Assembly (NCBI GenBank): GCA_965603825.1
Contig: CBFDEM010000009.1
Span: forward strand, 1 to 64,000
Direction of reading: 5' to 3'
From: Blepharisma stoltei ATCC 30299
Taxonomy: Eukaryota > Protista > Ciliophora
Length of the DNA: 64,000 nucleotides
Position numbers and translations under genes: made by a program
Part shown: positions 57,844-64,000 of the stretch, one piece after another
Position numbering within the stretch: position 1 is the first letter of the stretch
Layout of the letters: each line of letters begins with the position of its first letter
Notes under the pieces: generated by a model
What the model was told of the DNA's origin: nothing
The model's input: the letters and a program-made list of their open reading frames with translations, nothing else
Databases searched by the model: none

Positions 57844-60444
57844 ATGAGTTACCCAGGCGTGCCCACAATGCGGCTTTATATAACTTCAAAGCATTTCATT
57901 CTCCAATGCCCAGACACGGGAGTATCAGCTCAGCTTTTAATGGAACGAAACACAGGAAGATGCGTTTGCACGTCTGGCTTCAGTCCATTAGAACAAGGAA
58001 TTAGCAAGGATGATATACAGTATTTAGAAATCTTTTCCATTCTTGGGATAATTCCGATTGGTTCGGTTCTATTTGTAGGTGTTATTACGGAAGCCGATGT
58101 TATAGGGACAATCAATGGGTTTAATATCTATGAAGTCAAAGGAATTGAGATGCTTGAATTTGAATCTAAAAATTGGGAAACTGAGGACATAACTTACCAG
58201 AAACAGAGCATCATGAAATTATTGACATCAGGTTTTTTCTTTTCCTATTATTATGATCTAACCAACTCGATACAAAATTCTACGGAGGAAGGAACTTTGC
58301 ATGATAGAGCGGAAAAAAGATATTACTGAAATTTCGAACTATATAAAGATTTGCTTCTGCAAGGAATACACACGCAGTGGCTTATTCCTATAATTCAAGG
58401 ATATGTCGGCATCAGAAATGTTAATCAAGGCATAAACACTTTTATTCTGACCCTTATATCTAGAAGAAGCTGTGAAAGGACAGGAACTCGCTATAATTGC
58501 AGAGGAGTAGATGATGACGGAAATGTTGCAAATTTTGTAGAAACTGAGCAGATTTTACAGATTAATGACGCCTTATTTTCTTATGTTCAAATTAGAGGCT
58601 CAGTTCCATTGTTTTGGGAGCAAACTGGGGTTACTGCTCAGCTAGCCTTGACAAGGTCTAGTGAAATGAGCATGCATGCTTTTAGAAAACATGTGGACAA
58701 TATGGTTGAAACCTATAAGCACGTTATGATGGTCAATTTACTGTGCCAGACAAAATCACACGAGTGACTTTTAATTAACGAATGGGAAAATATTTTTAAC
58801 AGAATATACCCAGAATACACACAGAAAATTGGGTATCAATATTTCGATTTTCATTCGAATTGCAGAGGACAAAGATATAACAAATTAAATTTACTAGTGG
58901 ACAGCTTAAGCGATTTTATAAATTATCACCTTTATTATTGCAAAATCGGTGACAAAGTAGAAGTCAGGCAAAAAGGAGTAATGAGAAGCAACTGTCTAGA
59001 CTGCTTAGACAGAACTAACGTCGTACAAAGTTATATTGCTTGGGAGCTCATCAGGATTCAGCTTAGAGTTGCTGGCTATGATTTTAATTTGCGCTTAGAT
59101 GATGGCGCTAATAACTTTGTAAAGTCATTCAAACACTTATGGGCCGACAATGGAGATATACTAAGCATGCAATATACTGGAACAGGCTCCACCATCTCTA
59201 GTGTAACTAGAGAAGGAAAACAAGGAATCAAAGGCCTTATCTCTTCAGGCATAAAATCCATCGGCCGCTTTTATAATGCCAACGTACAAGATGCTGTGCG
59301 GCAGCAAAGTATAGACGCTGTCTTAAGAAGAAGAGGCACTCAAGGCCTGATGAATAAAGTAGAACAAGAAATCTTTTTCAGAGAAAATGAATACTGTCAG
59401 TTCAAAAAGCTCAGATTTCGCTGTGTTACCTGAAATCTTGCTGGTCGAAAACTCCCCACAAATACGAATTTATTAAGGCTGTTTAACGATGGGAATTATC
59501 CTGACATAATTGCTGTTGCTTTTCAAGAAATCGTAAAACTAAATGCCAGAAATGTCGTCCAAGAAAGCTCAAATCAAGCTACAATTGCATCTTTAAAAGA
59601 GCTTATTGAAAATAATCTAGAACATGTCGGCGAAAAATACTCTTTTATTAGATGTGACGACTTAGTGGGAATTGCCTTGTATATTTATGCATTAGATTCC
59701 ATAAAAAACGCCATATTACATGTTGATTCTGATACTGTAAAAGTTGGCTTTAAAGGGAAAATGGGGAATAAAGGAGCCGTTTTAGTCAGATTTAATATAT
59801 ATGATACATCGTTTTGCTTTTTAGGCTGTCATTTAGCTAGTGGTTCTGATCAAAATGAAGCAAGGAAATCACAGCTAATTGATATTCATGCCCGTGGGTT
59901 TCAAAAAGATAAAGCTGGAAAACCCAAACTGTATACTGTATCCGGCCATGATATAAAGATCATTTGTGGAGATCTTAATTTCCGTATCGCACTAGGGAAT
60001 TATCAAGTCCGGTCTCTTGTTCAAGCTGGAAGTTTTGATGAGCTTTTCCAAGCTGAACAGCTCACTCATGCATTAAGATATGGAGAATTATCAAGTTATA
60101 AAGAATCTCCTATTACTTTTAAGCCAACTTATAAGTTTGATGTAGGAACTGATATTTATGATACGTCTAAAAAGCAGAGGTCACCAGCTTGGTGTGACAG
60201 AATTTTGTACTCTGGAGAAAATATCGAGCCAGTAAGCTATACCTCAATAGATGTTAAATACTCTGACCATCGGCCAGTTGTGCATGAATTTTTAATTCAA
60301 GTCAAGCAAGTAGATAAGCTCAGACGAAAAGAAATTGCTGATCAGCTATACGGCCAACTTGACGAAAAGCAATCCATCCAGCCAGACTTGGCAGCTATAA
60401 ATGCAGTCCCTGAGATTGAAGAAGTTGATTTGTTGAGTATTTAA
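57844..60444 (+). CDS. Synaptojanin-like phosphoinositide phosphatase (Sac1 plus 5-phosphatase)
   Basis: RGSVPLFW, RSNCLDCLDRTN, VTW(TGA)NLAG, GNKGAV, GDLNFR, PAWCDRIL, SDHRPV; single frame. Confidence 0.95.
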
Positions 60445-60586
60445 TTTTAGAGATTTAGCTTAACTTTCATTTTGCTTATAAAACCTTCTAGACTTATTAA
60501 GAGTTAAATTTTAGCATTTTCTGTCACATTAAATTATCAGTGTTTAAAATTAATATGGAAACTTCATTCTGAGAGAACTTAATAAT

Positions 60587-61180
60587 ATGGATAATAGCAC
60601 ACGCCAACTATATACAAAAGTTTTAAACACTGTTGACCGTTTTAAACAAAATGTTGACGCAATCTTTACAGCAAAAATGAATTGCGACAGCGAGCTCCTG
60701 CCTTCCTTACTTGCAAGGAACCGAGGGGTTTTAGTAGACTTAAAAAAAGCTGAAAGGAACCTAAAAATTTCAATTGAGTTCCAAAAAAGCCAAAATCAGT
60801 CTGAAAAGGAGCTGACCAACTCGATGATGGATCAGCTTCATGCACTGGAGTACGAAAAAAAAGCACTCGAAAACGAAATCAAATTTTGTAAAGAAAAAGA
60901 AGACCAAGAGCTGAGGGAACTCGGGTATGACGTAAATGGAGATTGAGAAGAAATTGTTGAAAAGCTGTGGAAGGAACATGAAGAAAGTGCAAGAATGGCG
61001 GCAACAGAAGAAAGAGGCCTAGTTTGTGAAAGTAAAAGCTTGGATAAAGAAGCTGACGAATTTGAAAATGCTGATGAAGCTACTGTTTCAAGCACTGTTC
61101 CGAATTTAGAATCAGTGCTTGATTCTATTTTAAACGATGAGGAAACAGAAAATGATGGAGAGGACTCAGACCTAGATTAA
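60587..61180 (+). CDS. Coiled-coil protein, THOC5/FMIP N-terminal-like (197 aa)
   Basis: Two ORFs in frame across a TGA. DQLHALEYEKKALENEIKFCKE resembles the THOC5 L.L.NL.YE..HL..EI..C motif. Confidence 0.6.
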
Positions 61181-62090
61181 TTTATTAGTTCCTTGCATAT
61201 AACTTAAACTATAGTTTTAATTGTACTTGAATTATTTAAGGTCTATAATCTAATATTTAGGAAAATCAAAAAAAAAAGCTAACCTGAATATTTTTTTGAG
61301 CACTTATAAAACAATAAAAATAAAAAATTTGTAGATTTCTAGATCGACCTCCTTGTAATTTACCCCAAAATAATAATTAAAAAAATTATAAATTTATATC
61401 ATTTCCAGATATTTGATGAATTAGTATTTTGGGTTAATCATGAAAAGAATTAGTAGTTTAGTCATGGGTATTGAAATCTTAGAAAATCATTAAAATCAAT
61501 AACTAAGTTAAGTGCCAATCCCCAAAAAAAAATTAAATCTTGTGAATTATCTTGTTTATCAAAAGTTAAAAAAAATGAAATGATATTAAATTACTAATAA
61601 ATTCCAAAGTTGAGCAGATAATTCTTTTAATTAAATATTAAAAAGATCATTTAATTTAGGTGATTGCGATAATAAAATGCAAATTTTTTTAAAATGTCAT
61701 AAGAAATTAATTCAAAATAAATAAATTATTATCAAAGAGCAATTCATTGTTTATTTCAGATTAAAATGTAGATTTTATAGATTACTTATAAATTATTGGT
61801 TTTTATTAAAATTTGGAATATAATAAACTTTAGAGCTTGAATTACGCTTGATTGGTTCGCTCATATAAGCTGAAAAAATTGTATCATAATGGGATTTCCC
61901 TATGAAAACCAGTTTAAAACTATTGACATATGCTGATCATTATAATCCAGGATTGCATTTATCTTGCTCTAGGTATAGTATTAATATTTCTCATCAAATT
62001 GGTATTTAATTAATATTTTGTAACGGATGCTATTACTTACTTTATAAATTGGCAGTCCTTATTTACTGAATTTTGAAATTAAGTTTATAA

Positions 62091-62885
62091 ATGGGTTGTT
62101 GCCAGCAGCATAAATCAAGAATAAGCATAATCAAGCCAAATGGTTCAATTTATTCATCATCAACAATTGATGTGAATAAGTTTTTGGAGTCATTTCAAAA
62201 GCCAAGTCATAATCTTTTACTATCTTATTACGCAAGCAATTCAAAAATGTCCTCAGCCTTTAAGTCGTTTTTTGAAGTAATTTTTGCTCATGATGAAGAT
62301 CAAATCACTGAAATTGATTTGAATTTCGTACCATTTGGGTCAGATGGTATTTATCATTTCCAAATGATGTCACAGTATTTTTCTTGTATAAAAATCCTCA
62401 AATTAAGCAATATAGAGATACTCAATGTACATATAAAGAGATTATCTCACTCTATTGAACAAATGAGTGACCTCGAAGTATTAGAAATCGAGGGAAACAA
62501 AATCACCGCAGAAGGAATTCAACATCTCACACCTTTTAAATATTTAAATAAACTCAAAGAGTTATATGTGGGGAGAAATGATATAGGAGCTGTAGGAATG
62601 AGGCATTTGTGTAGCAACTTACAGAACAGTGAAAATTTGGAAATATTGAGTTTAAAGGGAAATATTATTGAAGATGACGGGATTGTGAATTTAAGCAAAA
62701 TCGTGCAGCGCTTTCCGAAATTGAGGGTTCTGAATGTTTGTGAAAATTCTATTACTGACATCGGTGCCAAAATTATTGCTAAGAATTTTTTAACTTTGGA
62801 ATATCTCGATCTCTCCCGAAATAATCTAAATACACACAAATTTCAATTTCTTTTAGAAAGAAACAAACTACAATTCAAACTCTAG
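62091..62885 (+). CDS. Leucine-rich repeat protein (RI-like) with an MGCC acylation start
   Basis: Repeats of LxxLxLxxNxIxxxG. Confidence 0.9.
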   Translation: MGCCQQHKSRISIIKPNGSIYSSSTIDVNKFLESFQKPSHNLLLSYYASNSKMSSAFKSFFEVIFAHDEDQITEIDLNFVPFGSDGIYHFQMMSQYFSCIKILKLSNIEILNVHIKRLSHSIEQMSDLEVLEIEGNKITAEGIQHLTPFKYLNKLKELYVGRNDIGAVGMRHLCSNLQNSENLEILSLKGNIIEDDGIVNLSKIVQRFPKLRVLNVCENSITDIGAKIIAKNFLTLEYLDLSRNNLNTHKFQFLLERNKLQFKL

Positions 62886-62951
62886 TTTAGAATATCAAAA
62901 GCACATAATTAAATTAACTGTATAGTGTGTATACATTTTAATTTATATATA

Positions 62952-63215
62952 ATGGAAGACCGAGTTCACACTACTTTTACTCAAGCAGCTAATGCTTTAA
63001 CTACGCTCTTTAAAGACTCCCAACATGCTTGCAATCGTGCATACAGCAAAGGAAGAGAAGACACAGCCCAAGAAATATTTAACATGTGCTTGGAGTTAAG
63101 ATCTCAAGGACTGAAATATGTGAATCCTTCTCTGTTCTTGGAGCGCTTCCACAGCTATTCGCCCGATATGAAAATCACTGACATACCAGAATCCAGAAAG
63201 CGCTGTCGAAATTAA
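62952..63215 (+). CDS. Small protein, HAPSTR1/C16orf72-like
   Basis: FTQAANALTTLFKDS...AYSKGREDT resembles the F..AA.AVT.LYKES motif; tentative. Confidence 0.6.
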   Translation: MEDRVHTTFTQAANALTTLFKDSQHACNRAYSKGREDTAQEIFNMCLELRSQGLKYVNPSLFLERFHSYSPDMKITDIPESRKRCRN

Positions 63216-63463
63216 TTAAGATCTATATATAACTCATGCTTAAATTCTATTGAACGTGATTAGATAAGGTTTAACACAATAATGTGCTTTATTCTTTTGA
63301 ATTTACGGCTGTAATTTCATATAAGCTGCCACTAATTAATCTAAAAGAGGATACATTAATAAAAATTTCTTGTTTAAACTACCACTACTTTAATTTTCTA
63401 TTAACATCAAATTACATTAAAGACATGTCAGTATCAGAAATCTCATAATTGATTTACTATACA

Positions 63464-64000
63464 ATGGATCGCATTTCATGCTCAGTCTGCATAGACGAAA
63501 GGTGTCAACAGAACAATTTCTTTATAGAAAACATATACATTCTCTCTGATGAGGCTTTCGCTCAAGTGATTACTAGCCACCAAGCTTCTCGATGTGAAAG
63601 CCATAGCTGCTGTTTTCTTGGTTTCCCACCCCCAACAAGCAAGCCATTTAAATACAATCGCCAACAGCTTGTTGGCATTTGCAAATTTATGGGGATAAAG
63701 GAAGATGATGCTACTTTCATTACCAACCAAATTTTTACATCCTTATCTAATCTCATCATGTCAAAAACTCGTATTCGTGAAGGACACAGCTATCAGATAA
63801 TTCAAGCAATTACATTGATGTCTTCATCAATAGATGAAATAGTACTGGCAGCATTTAAAGTTAAAGGATATTATGGTGATCAGCATTTGATTGATTTTCA
63901 TATCGCGTGTGAAGTGATTTCTCAAAAGAGACCAGTAATTGTCCTATTAGGTGGGGCTTCGGGAACTGGAAAAAGCACCCTATCATCTCTATTGGCAAGC
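63464..64000 (+). CDS. P-loop NTPase, LPA1/2-phosphoglycerate-kinase-like; partial, runs off the window
   Basis: Open frame from ATG 63464 to the window end, finishing RPVIVLLGGASGTGKSTLSSLLAS. Confidence 0.82.
   Translation, partial: MDRISCSVCIDERCQQNNFFIENIYILSDEAFAQVITSHQASRCESHSCCFLGFPPPTSKPFKYNRQQLVGICKFMGIKEDDATFITNQIFTSLSNLIMSKTRIREGHSYQIIQAITLMSSSIDEIVLAAFKVKGYYGDQHLIDFHIACEVISQKRPVIVLLGGASGTGKSTLSSLLAS

Noticed and set aside
61181-62090. Retained IES or MITE in a 900-bp AT-rich gap
   Set aside because: Only a weak AT-only inverted match at the ends, with no convincing TIR or TSD.

Overview
Chromosome end of a heterotrich ciliate, most likely a Blepharisma macronuclear contig. The evidence is a ~2.7 kb (CCCTAACA)n telomere, UGA read as Trp throughout (so the supplied ORF track fragments most genes) and 15-16 nt GT..AG introns. 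Positions 2.7-29 kb form an unstable subtelomeric domain. It holds about 15 copies of one ~270-305 aa Kelch/beta-propeller-like family (8 intact, the rest pseudogenes or fragments), with a conserved N-terminal DQNEIESKYLW motif and hypervariable loops. It also holds a non-LTR reverse-transcriptase fragment, a scrambled patchwork region with a direct-repeat-bounded insert, a 1410-aa type I membrane protein plus a dead paralog, and a candidate Rickettsiales-derived gene. From ~29 kb on, the window is gene-dense eukaryotic housekeeping sequence: a Myb pair, RING-CH/FHA protein, kinase, TARBP1/Trm3, myosin-RCC1, PP2C, two GSTs, mitochondrial IF3, a WD40-TRP-like channel, an MFS pair, CFAP410, a TBC GAP, a synaptojanin-like phosphatase and others. 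All homology calls come from motif recognition by eye; no searches were run.
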